From NCBI GenBank assembly GCA_048013815.1, contig CM106586.1:15190001-15254000 (forward strand): a stretch of DNA of 64,000 nucleotides. The letters are read 5' to 3'. Source of the stretch: Setoptus koraiensis. Its lineage: Eukaryota > Animalia > Arthropoda. The position numbers were made by a program, and so were the translations under genes. Positions 22,933 through 33,389 of this stretch are shown here, in pieces. How positions within the stretch are numbered: the first letter of the stretch is position 1; each line of letters starts with the position of its first letter. Under the pieces are notes generated by a model. It was not told the DNA's origin and made no database searches. It saw nothing but the letters and a program-made list of their open reading frames with translations.

Positions 22933-22961
22933 GGCTAGATATTTCTGCTGACGTCAACTGA
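22933..22961 (-). promoter_or_regulatory. Conserved 29-bp block containing a perfect CRE (TGACGTCA, 22949-22956) upstream of Gly-rich gene A
   Basis: Identical to 25149-25177 (TCAGTTGACGTCAGCAGAAATATCTAGCC) within otherwise diverged duplicated upstream DNA. Confidence 0.55.
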
Positions 22962-23349
22962 GGAAACTATAGAAATTCAAAAAAGGCATTACATGATGTG
23001 CGTACGTTGTGTTCAATATAACGCTTTACGTTGATTAGTAAAAGTTAATGAAGATATAAACACAAACTGTTGCTGTTGAATTCACTTAAATTCGTTGTTG
23101 CAATGATTGTAAGATTTTAAATTGAATGTAAGGTGATACTCAAACATCTGAAAGCAAGTTTACTCAGTATTAGAAAAGATTTCACTTAGACTGGCTCGAG
23201 ATAGCGTTTGGAAGCTAGATTTTTTTTTCTATACGTTTCATCCAGAAATCCAAATAATCAAACTAACTCAATTAAGTAACTGCAATCATCATTTTGCGAT
23301 GATTTACATCGAGTTAGTTTGCTGACTACCATTCTAGACAAAATTCAAC

Positions 23350-23727
23350 CTAGATTAACATCTTGCCATTGAAAATTGAGCTACCGGGAGGGCTGAGGAC
23401 TATTTCCCGCAGCTGATCGCCTGGAACTCTGAAATTTTCATAGACTTTCGGTCGCTCAGCAGAGTTATCACCTGACAGTGAGACTCCCCGACGAACCGAA
23501 AAATTATATTCGATGGGATTTTTGATATTTTGGATTTTTGTGTGTTGGTCGGTTGGTTTTTCAGCCTTTTCAGCCTCGTCCGGCAACCTTAATGTTGGGC
23601 AATAACTCTGTCTAATCACAACTCGATATCGAAATTTCTCATTTTCTTGGTAATTGGCTGTCATAGTACTGCCATTGGAAGAGTAATAACGCAAAACAAA
23701 TATGAAAATGAAAATTTCCGCCAGCAT
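23350..23727 (-). CDS. Possible small protein with hydrophobic N-terminus (125 aa)
   Basis: ATG-initiated ORF MLAEIFIFIFVLRYY followed by non-repetitive sequence; no homology recognised. Confidence 0.3.
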   Translation of the reverse strand: MLAEIFIFIFVLRYYSSNGSTMTANYQENEKFRYRVVIRQSYCPTLRLPDEAEKAEKPTDQHTKIQNIKNPIEYNFSVRRGVSLSGDNSAERPKVYENFRVPGDQLREIVLSPPGSSIFNGKMLI

Positions 23728-24021
23728 TGCATTAAGTTAATTAAGGCGCATGGTCAGTATCAGCAGCTGCCTACCCGTAGAGTGTGATGTAATCAGTAGT
23801 AGTTAGCACAAATCACGCCTTTGTTACATAGTTAAATAAATTCACCAACAATCCGAAATTATCGGTTGATGCTTGCTGACTTGAGCGTGACTCACCGTAG
23901 ATCTCATAACTAGCTGATACTTGCATCTGATCACAGTTAAATTTCATTAGTAAAAAGAAAAAATAAAAGAGTGCGAATAATAGTTAGTTAAACAAAAGAA
24001 AACACACAAACCACAATCACA

Positions 24022-24543
24022 ATGAAGGTATTTGCCGATATTACACTCAGTCAATTGATGCTTTTGGTCATCATGATCATTTCATTGACCTCGGTGAGCC
24101 ACATCAAAATGCAAGCTGCTAGTGGAGCTGCTTCCGGTGGTGGCGGAGGAGGTGCCGCATCAGGCGCTGCTGCCGGCGGAGCTGGCGGATCTGCTGCTGG
24201 CGCCGCCTCGGGAGGATCGGGAGGGGCTGCGTCCGGAGCCGCTGCGGGTGGAGCCGGCGGATCTGCTGCTGGAGCCGCCTCGGGAGGATCGGGAGGGGCT
24301 GCGTCCGGAGCTGCCTCGGGTGGAGCTGGCGGATCCGCCGCTGGAGCCGCCTCGGGAGGATCGGGAGGAGCCGCATCTGGAGCCGCCTCGGGAGGATCGG
24401 GAGGAGCCGCATCTGGAGCCGCCTCGGGAGGATCGGGAGGAGCCGCATCTGGAGCCGCTTCGGGAGGAGATGGGGGATCTGCTGCTGGAGCTGCTGCAGC
24501 CGGTAGCCGAGGTGGTCTCACATACAGATTTGGTCGTCGTTAA
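24022..24543 (+). CDS. Secreted Gly/Ala/Ser-repeat protein B (173 aa), 12-aa repeats, ends in LTYRFGRR
   Basis: Signal-like MKVFADITLSQLMLLVIMIISLTSVSH; about 10 units of GGSGGAASGAAS/GGAGGSAAGAAS (36-nt period); the 5' flank is homologous to that of gene A. Confidence 0.88.
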   Translation: MKVFADITLSQLMLLVIMIISLTSVSHIKMQAASGAASGGGGGGAASGAAAGGAGGSAAGAASGGSGGAASGAAAGGAGGSAAGAASGGSGGAASGAASGGAGGSAAGAASGGSGGAASGAASGGSGGAASGAASGGSGGAASGAASGGDGGSAAGAAAAGSRGGLTYRFGRR

Positions 24544-24970
24544 GTTATTAAAATGAAAAACAAAACTTTATTGTAAGAAACTGGGCACAGTAAACTTGCT
24601 TATGTTTCACTGAAAAAATTCCTATTGTAAATTCTTTTATCTACTTGGCCGAAAACTTTTTTTGAATATTTTCAAGAATTTTATCTCTTTCTTTTCTGCG
24701 ATAGTTGTATATTAAAGAAAAAACAATTTAGTTTCCGAAGTTTTGTTAAACTTGCAACAAGAAATAATTTTGACGATTCAAAGACAGACAACAAACGAAT
24801 GTAAGGCTAAAAGTCTACAAGTAGCCCATAATTTCATCCATAACTTTTGAAAATTCTTATACATAATTTATGTAAAAAAAAAATGTTCACCAGATATTCT
24901 TCTTTAGAAATATCGAGACAGCCTAAGTAGAAACATTTCCGACACTGAATACACTTGTTTTCAAGGGTTC

Positions 24971-25413
24971 GAGTATCACCATTCACTCAATAATAATCAT
25001 TGCAGCCATGAATTCATTTGAATCAACAACAGCAACAGTTAGTGTCTATACCTTCATTAACCACTAATTTCACTAATCAACGTACAGCGTTATTTTGAAC
25101 ACAAAAACTTCATTACGTCACAACTTTTTTAAATTTTCAACGCTCTCGTCAGTTGACGTCAGCAGAAATATCTAGCCGTCAATGCTATGATTAAAGTGGA
25201 AATCGATCAAAATTGGTTACACATCTAGTGTGTGTTTCGTCTTTACTATTTGTAGAGTGAGCAGCAATCAGCGATAGCCATCCTGAAATATGCATTCTAT
25301 TGATGGCTTGATAAATCTGAATGAAAATCACAATCATCGGTCAATGTTTGTTGAGTTAGAGAGCTAATCATTATGAGTCTTATTTCTAGCCGATACTTGC
25401 ATCTGGCCACAGT
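24971..25413 (+). promoter_or_regulatory. Third, CDS-less copy of the Gly-rich gene upstream region
   Basis: Colinear similarity to the reverse complement of about 22699-23141 (GAGTATCACC...CAACAGCAACAGTT...CTAATCAACGTA...CRE block...TACTTGCATCTG); no matching CDS follows. Confidence 0.7.
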
Positions 25414-26382
25414 ATCAACTAGATGTGATGAATTTCGCTGAAAGACAGGTTCCTCGTTTATCAACGTCGTGAGGTGACAGCTTCGCCATGTTGAACCACT
25501 ATAGTGTTATGTGAGATACTGTCCAATCTTGATGCCAAACTGAGAGAATTCGCTCCGCTCAAATACTCAGACATATCATCGACGTCTGGGAGCTCGGGTG
25601 GGTTCAGTTGGAATATCCGACTTCGGAAACCATCCGAGTTGGACTGCTGAATTAACTAAGCACCGGTCCTTGATCACGAAGTCATTCTCTCGCCTGAGCT
25701 CACAACGAATACGCTGGCCAGATGCTATTTGGAAGCTCGATTATGAAGATCTAGATCGTGATTCAAATGAGATGTAGCATTTTTAGGAGTCGTATCAAAA
25801 GTTTCTCCGAAAAGATTCACTAACCGGTGGCCGTTCGCGATACAGCTTAATTGACAATTTAAGTCCATAGAGTTTTTCACTCCTCCTATTGTCGGGATGT
25901 GCATGACGTAACGATGATTGGTACACCACTACCACTTGACTAATAGTTTGATCATAACGTCAGATAGAACAATATGCAGGAATGCTCTGAGTTGGTGATC
26001 AATGTCACCTATGGGAATGCTACTGTGGCGAAGCGAAATATCATGGAGCAGTGATTTATGATTAGATTAAATGAAAGATAGAGCTGTTTGTTGGTCTCAC
26101 GCTTTGGGGCACCTGTGAATCAGCTTGCTATTCTACCAACAAGGTTCACTATAATAACAGTGGGTGTGCGTTTTTTCACCTTTGAGCGAATATACTCTCT
26201 TCAAATGACATTTTTCATTTCGTCACTTGTTTGAAACTGTTGTTACGAAATTACAATTGACATCAGTTAAATTTCTTCGTTATTCCACGAAGTCACAAGA
26301 AGCATCACCGGCGAGAGAGAAACAGGTCACTGAAATTTTAGTGACACTAGTAAATCCAGACTAAACCTTTGTCGGACAAACA

Positions 26383-27066
26383 ATGGACATTAAAACAAAA
26401 ATTATTAGTGTCGCCGTCGTCGTGACCATTTCGCTGGGCATTGTCTTAATTAGTATTTTTCTCATCAATAAAAATACCTACAAATCATGTAAAATGTTAG
26501 AAGAGCAGCCAACTTCCGGTGATTCATCTCTATTAGTTACAGAAGACAATTCTTGTTTAGTTGATTTTTCCGGTTTTGTTGAATATCCCTCGCCAGACAG
26601 TAAGAGTCAGAGTAAATTTGTAAAATTGAATGCACGCAAGATACTTTCAGCAAACAGTACCAACTTGGAGATTGTGGCTGATTGTGGCAAACTAATATTG
26701 AAAGTTGAACGAGTCGTAACGAGAGTGTTTGTTACCTCTTTCAGATTGCAAGCGTTTCATGGCGCTGGCAAGGAAAGACAATGCGACCTGATTAACGGGG
26801 GATATGCGCTCAACGTAGCACGCGATCGACATTATAAATGCACCGACAAATTGGTTACATATCAATGCCAGGATGACAAAGAGCCAGCCAAGATACAATT
26901 GACAAAATTCGAGTTCGAGTGCTACAGAAAACCGGATGCAAACAAGGCCCACTTTTATACTCAATCCGGTAAGTCATTAGTCTAGCAATCGGGCTCTTTT
27001 TTTGAAGACAAAACTCGAGCCTGACCAGCTTTCTGAATCTCATTTTCGTCCACAGCGGACTGCTAA
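26383..27066 (+). CDS. N-terminally anchored or secreted Cys-rich protein (198 aa), possibly LAMP-domain-like
   Basis: TM segment IISVAVVVTISLGIVLISIFLI. Exon 26383-26968, intron 26969-27055 (GTAAGT...CAG), 11-nt terminal exon 27056-27066 giving ...HFYTQSADC*; 8 Cys in total. Confidence 0.65.
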
Positions 27067-27359
27067 TTTTTATAGCTTTCATATTTATGGTCGCTTGGAT
27101 CGCTTGGATTTGGGCCGAGATTGAAATAAAGGAATTTGAATCACATTCGAACAGTTAACTATGGGTGAGAAAGATATGCCTGTGGTCAGGTTTGGATTTC
27201 CATCATATGAAAATCAGCTTTTCACTTGTTTCGGATTTTTATTAAAAATATCTATCTACAATGGAGTCAATCTGTTGCTCACGCGCGATGCTGACTCGAT
27301 AAGTTGACACACTCATCTTCATGCGAAGTTGTCTTGGATTCGCTCAACATTCGGCTCAA

Positions 27360-27457
27360 GAGTCCCGAGTCCCGAGTCCCGAGTCCCGAGTCCCGAGTCT
27401 CGAGTCTCGAGTCAAGAGTCTCGAGTCTCGAGTCAAGAGTCCCGAGTCTCGAGTCAA
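27360..27457 (+). repeat. 7-bp tandem array GAGTC(CC/TC/AA) x14 with an inverted partial copy at 27471-27488
   Basis: Read directly; resembles DNA transposon subterminal repeats, but no TIR/TSD pair found. Confidence 0.9.
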
Positions 27458-27620
27458 GGGTCTTCTCGAAACTCTTGACTCGAGACTCAAAGATCCCGGG
27501 AAGGAATATCCGGCGCCGAAATTGGCCGCTCGGTGGCCTCGCGATCCGTGATCGAAATGCCATAAAGATGAGAAACAGTGCAGCAGATTTGACCGATTTG
27601 CACGCAATTCCAACAGCCAA

Positions 27621-30600
27621 CTAACCCATGGCTGCTAGCAACGTGTTGAGATGCGCGCCGGGCATCAGGGTGGTCGTAATAAGTGTGGTGGAGGTAATAG
27701 TACGAAATATTGTCTTGAATGCGTTGTGTATCGTGTAAGTTTTCACCTGTGTACTTGTCAACGTTGTGACAATGGGCAATTGTGGCGTATTCATCATTGA
27801 AAGTGACAGCGGCGGTGTCGCCAGTGAGCTCGTTTGCACTTCCGGTTGCTGAGCTCTATTGCTGGCGTTGCTGTTGTGTTGTTGCTGATTGTTGTTGTTG
27901 TTGTTGTTGCTGTTACTGTTACTGTTTGTCAGCTGCTGTTGCGAATGTTGTTGACTCGGTTGTTGTTGATTTGAGTTGAGCTGGTTGTTGTTGATGGCAC
28001 CTGTTGGTTGTTGTTGTTGTTGCAGAGATTGCAACAGTTGTTGCAGTTGCGGCTGAAATTGCGAGTTGTTGTTGCTGCCACTCGGCTTTGGATGCTGCTG
28101 CTGCTGGTCCTGGAATTGCTGTCGTTGCTGTTGTTGTTGCAGCTGCCGCGAACCAAACACAATGTTGCTGCTCATGGAGGGCTGTATCAATGCGGCAACC
28201 TGTTGTTGATGTTGTTGCTGTTGCGACAATTGATGCTGGCGCCTATTTAGCACAGCGGCCAATTGTGCCGCAATCAGGGCATTGTTGATGTTTTGCGCGT
28301 TCAGATTTGCTGCGCCCGGCAATTGTTGCAACAGCGACTGCGTCGACAGGGGCGAATCAAACACCGTCTGATACGTTGTGCTGGGCTTAATTGTGACAGT
28401 TATAGGCGTCACTTCCGTTGCCATAGTGGTTGTCGTTTGCTCTATAACGGAACCGGGCTCGCTAACGGTGCGCGTTCTCACTGTTCGGCCATCTTTGAAG
28501 CTGACCAAACGAGTTGTGAACAGGGTGTCTTTCACCGTCAAAATGGTTGGCTTTATCACCGTGCTGTAGCTTGTTGAATAAGTGGGCGGCCCCACTACGG
28601 GCACTATGCGCGGAATCATTCCACTTCCGGCGGCGCCGGGCAAAATCGACGACGACGACGAGTGATTCGCTGAGCCGGCCACGAGTGCTTGCTGTAGTTG
28701 TTGTTTGCGTTTCAGCTGCAATTGTTGCGCGGCCAATATCACCGCGGCCAGTTGCGGGTTTTGTATGGCCGCGGCCAAAATAAGCGGATTGTTCAAGTCG
28801 GGTATCTGAATGCTGCCCGTGGGATCCATTGTGCTGGCCAATTGATCCAGCTCTAGATTGCTCATGCCCGACAGGGGCGACATGCCGCTTGCGTCGGTGG
28901 CTCCCTCTAGCAGCGAGCTAAGCGACGACGAGGACGAATGTGTCGGGTCGTTGGCCAACAGCTGATTGTTGCTGAAGTCGTGCAACCAATCGTTGGGGCT
29001 CTTCTCAATGGGCTGTTCCGCGTCGCTGGGCGCCTGAGCTTGCACTGCGCCAGAGCTAGGCGGCGCCACTATGGGCTGCTCCGCAGCTTGATTGTTGTTG
29101 TTGGTCTGCTGTTGTTGCTGTTGTTTGTATTGAGCCATTTCGAACTCGCCCAGTATCTCTTGGGGCGTTCGCGAGCTGGCGCTATCCGTCAGAATGAAAT
29201 CACCTGGCGGCATTGTTTGCAACGTCGTTATCATCTTCGTGATGAGATACTGCTCTGTGATGGTGTGAACGGCGCTCGTGGTGCCCTGTTGCCAGGGTAC
29301 TAGGCGCGTTCGCGAGCTCGTCATTGTGGTGGCAAACGAGCTTGTGACGGTTTTCAGCGGGGGTGTGGCCGCGGTTTCGCCCGCACCGCTGGCGGCCGCC
29401 GCTTCCGTTGCCAGGTCCTCGCCCGGGACGGGCCGCTCCGTGTTGCCGGGCTCGACGCCCGGCTCCAAAATGGCATCGGAAGGCGTGAAGGCCGAGCTAG
29501 AGGAGGGCGCCACGTACAGCTGGTGCGATGCGGACGGCCCGTGCACGTCCGCCGAGAACGAGGGCATCAGAATGCCCTGCAGCGGGCCCACAATGACCTT
29601 GTGCTCCAGGCTCTTCTTGTGCTCATCTTGCTGCTGCTGATGCGGCTGCTGGTGCGGCTGCTGGTGCGGCTGCTGGTGCGGCTTACCCGGCGACGGCGGG
29701 TGGTTTGTCAGGGCGCTCAGCGCCTTCTTGGCCGCTTGCTCCACCGGGTTCGGGCCGGCCTTTGGCGGGGGCCTCTTGTTTTGCGGGTGTCTGTCCAGGT
29801 GGCCGGCCAGTTTGCCGTTGTTGCTCATCGTTTTGGCCACCGACTTTGACAGGGGCGCCGCTCGCGGGTCCGTGGCGGGCGCGTGATGCTCCACGTGGCT
29901 CGCGGTCAGTATCTCGTCCATGGCCGACAGATCGCTGACGCCCTGAACGGAGGGCGTGGACGCCATGACGGGTTGCTCTTGTTCGTCGTGCTTGTCGGTG
30001 CCCAAATCAAACTGCTGACTGCTCAACAGCTGATGGCCCGGCGCCGTTTTCTGTCCGGACTGGTTGGCGCCGTCGCCGTCTTGGTTATACGACGTAAAAC
30101 GCGCATAGGCCTTGTTTCCGGTCGGATTGTTGCTGCTTCCGGTTTGCTTGTCCGCCTGCTGAGAGTCATGAGCTTGCTGCTGTTGCTGTTGTTGTTGTTG
30201 CTGGTGCGCGAAATTTGTTTCATGCTCGGACAGCATCGATTCGGGGTTGCCGGACATAAACTCGTGCACCAATTGGTCACTGTTGAAACCAACATTCAAT
30301 TGGCCACTGGACAGGTGATCTCGCGACGACGCGACAGACAATATTTCGTCGCTGCCCACGACAGGTAAACTGTTTGAGCTTTGTCCAGAGCCTATGTTGA
30401 ACACGTCGCCCATGCGAGATTGCAATTTGTTGTTCTGATTTGAATCGTTCACTATGAGGCTCTCCTGTTCGTTTGTGCCCGACGAGCCCGCCCCTTGTTG
30501 TGATGCGGCGCTGCTGGAACCCGCGGTTTCGAGATCTTTTTGGGAATTGGTCGTGGTCTGGCCCGTGGCCGCCAGTTGTCCTCTCATTTGGGGTCGCTTG

Positions 30601-32440
30601 AAGCGATTGCGAATCTTATTAGCGTCACGACGATAGTTGTTTCAAGTTGGCGGTCGGCAGTAAAATGACATCAATTAGCAATAATTGGAAACAATTAGAA
30701 ACAATTAGCAACGATTGTTCAGCTAGTTACTGGAGTTGGATATTATGAGGGTTACTGGATAGGCCAGAGATTGGCCCGTTCCACTTACCTTGGCGGTGAA
30801 ATTTGACCTGGAGCGGGTCGCGGCCGACGTAGCATTGGAGCTGTCAGATTGGGACCCGTCCGACGTCAGTCCGGGCCTTCTCAGGCCAGTAGGTGGCGCT
30901 GCTGGCTGACCGGAAGCGTCTTGTTGATTATTGTCTGTTGGGCTGCTGGGCCCGTCGAGTAGAGCGGGTGACGGTGCTGCCGGCAGCGGCAACCGACCAA
31001 AGCGATTTCTCACGGTCGAACTGGCCGCTGGTGGCGCAGAACTGGCGCCCTGTTGGGTAGAGTTGTACCCCAACGAGGGTCTTCTCAGTTTTGCCCTGCC
31101 CAATGTAGCGGTTGAGTCTGACTGACTAGCGCCAGCGGTCTCAGATGAAGACGATATTGCACTTGTTTGACCGGAAGCGCCGTTGTCAGTGGGCTGCCTG
31201 TTGGCCGAAGTCTGCGTAAAATTGAACCTGTTACTTCTGGGTCGATTCGTTGTCGTTGTCGTTGTCGTTGTTGTTGTTGTTGTGGCGTCGTTGCTGTTAG
31301 ATGTTGCGGGTTGTGACGTTGTTGGGCTTCTGAGCGTTGGACGGGCCAATTTATTGGCATTTGTTGCTGTTGACAGCAGCGTTGTTGCCTTTGGGGCCAC
31401 TGTGGTGGTTGTTGGAGTTGTTTGCTTGGCTGACGAGGGGTCAGAGTCCGACGAGCTAGCGGTGCTAGCTTGAAATTGATCGTTTGTTACCTCCATTATG
31501 ACATCGTCCGCCTGCACAGAGGGCATCGGCGACGGCGACGACGACCATGCCGACGACTGCTCAGTGGTTGTGGCGCCCCCATTTTGATTAATATTATCAC
31601 CTGTTGTCACTATTGGTTGTTGTTGTTGTTGTTGCTGTTGCTGCTGGTGCGCCAATTGAGATCGATACGAGCCCAGCGTAAATGTTGAGCTGGGTATTAT
31701 GGGTATTTGGGTGGCAGATGCTTGTTCCGCTTTGGCAAAGAAGGCCGATTGTTGCTCTAAATTGTTAACAACGGCAGACGTACTACGCAACACTTGAGCA
31801 TACCTGCCATCAATACTCGTGCCAATCACCTGTGTATGATACAGCGTTGTCATGGGCCCGCTCACCTGGCTAGAGGCCAGCACTGTCACCAGGCCGGTGG
31901 GCAGTTCACTTTTGGCCTGCTGTTGTTGTTGTCTGACAATTGTTTGTTGTTGTTGTTGTTGAGTCAGCAGTGTTGACGTCAATTGTTGTTCGTCTACATG
32001 AGCCGACTGTTGTTTCGTTACGTAATGATTGTGATGTAACGGTGGCAGAGACGGTGTTTGCGTGGCCGACACGGGCCGCCATTCGGCGGCCTGATCGGGC
32101 TGTATTTGGGGCTGATCGCCCAGCATGATACTGTTGACATTGCCGTTGATTACAGCCGAGTCTGGGGCGCTTTCGGGCCCGCCTGCCTGCTGGCCCCGTT
32201 GTTTGTGGCCCGTTGTTGGCGGTGTTGTGCCCGAGGCAGACGTTGCCGTTGTTGTCCAGCCTGCGTTGCTGTCCGCAACAAAGTCCGACGAACTCGCCAA
32301 CTGCACCACGCCACCCTGCTGATACTTGGGCACCTGGTCGACAGAGGGCATCTCGGTCGCCTGGGCTCTTGTAGCGTCCGCCAACTGGCTGCTGGAAGCG
32401 GACGGCTCAATATTGTTGTTGTTCGTGTTGGTGTTTGCGT
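27621..32440 (-). CDS. Large Thr/Ser/Gln-rich extracellular protein, DUF4758-like; at least two exons (32440-30789 and about 30590-27621); 5' exon not located
   Basis: PTGLVTVLASSQVSGPMTTLYHTQVIGTSIDGRYAQVLRSTS matches my recollection of the DUF4758 repeat; also TTRLVSFKDGRTVRTRTVSEP and TYTIHNAFKTIFRTITST. Acceptor CAG at 32443-32441; donor GTAAGT at 30788. Confidence 0.7.
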
Positions 32441-33180
32441 CTGGAGTGAACAACAAGACAGTATTATCAACAGTTGTGCGGAAATTCTGTTGTTGCCGGT
32501 GTTATTGTTGTCGTTGTTGTTGTCGTTGTTGTTGTGTTGTTGTTGTCGTTGTTGTTGCGTTGTTGTTGTCGTTGTTGTTGCGTTGTTGTTGTCGTTGTTG
32601 TTGCGTTGTTGTTGTCGTTGTTGTTGTGCAAAAGACGACACAGGTGAGAGAAGGAGAGACGGACCGTGGTTAGAATGTTAATGTTTACAGTGCTAGTTGG
32701 TTTGTTTGTTTGCCCGTGTGAGCGAAAGTTATTATGTAATGTGATGCAAGCGCACACTGCCAGGCTTGCTCACGCCAATTAGGTAATTGGACCAAGGCAA
32801 TCGTGTTCAGACGTTTGTGTGTTGGTGTTGGCACCAACTTGTGTGTGTATAACGGCGATACACAACGACCGCCACTGACAGCCAGACAGCAAATCTGTAT
32901 TCATGTGTGACATAAGTCACAACCGACTGATGTTGTTGTCGTTGTTGAAATTTTGGGCCATCATTTCAAATTCATTGCGAGTCTCGATTTAATTATCGTG
33001 TGACAACTGCACGCCTAGACAGCCCCGTTATGTGTGAAATCAGCAGCTTGGCTAGCTTGCCGCGTTACGTGACAACTGTCAATAGCATGAGTGTGACAGT
33101 TTGACAGCGCTCATGTTTGCCGGACATGCCACCATCGTGGCGGCGGCCGTCGTCACGGGTATCCCATTATAATGGGTACT

Positions 33181-33389
33181 CACTATTCATCGATAAATAC
33201 TGCGTATTCATCGAATACGACAAATAATCGTATTCATCGAGCACGACAGACGATCGCATTCACCGAGTACGACAGACGATCGCATTCACCGAGTACGACA
33301 GATGATCGAATTCATCGGTGAATAGCGGGTGCAAACCGAGTATTTATCGGTGAATATATTCACAATAGTGATACATCACTATTGTGAAT
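33181..33389. repeat. MITE-like unit: inverted ends, 4 x 26-bp tandem repeat and a perfect 15-bp-stem hairpin
   Basis: Units start at 33218, 33244, 33270 and 33296 (CGACAGACGATCGCATTCACCGAGTA); TATTCA(T/C)CGATAAATACT is inverted at both ends; hairpin ATTCACAATAGTGAT-ac-ATCACTATTGTGAAT at 33358-33389. Confidence 0.75.

Noticed and set aside
33218-33321. CRISPR-like appearance of the 26-bp repeats (and the 20-bp array at 39901-40100)
   Set aside because: The units are directly adjacent with no unique spacers, there are no cas genes, and the context is eukaryotic.
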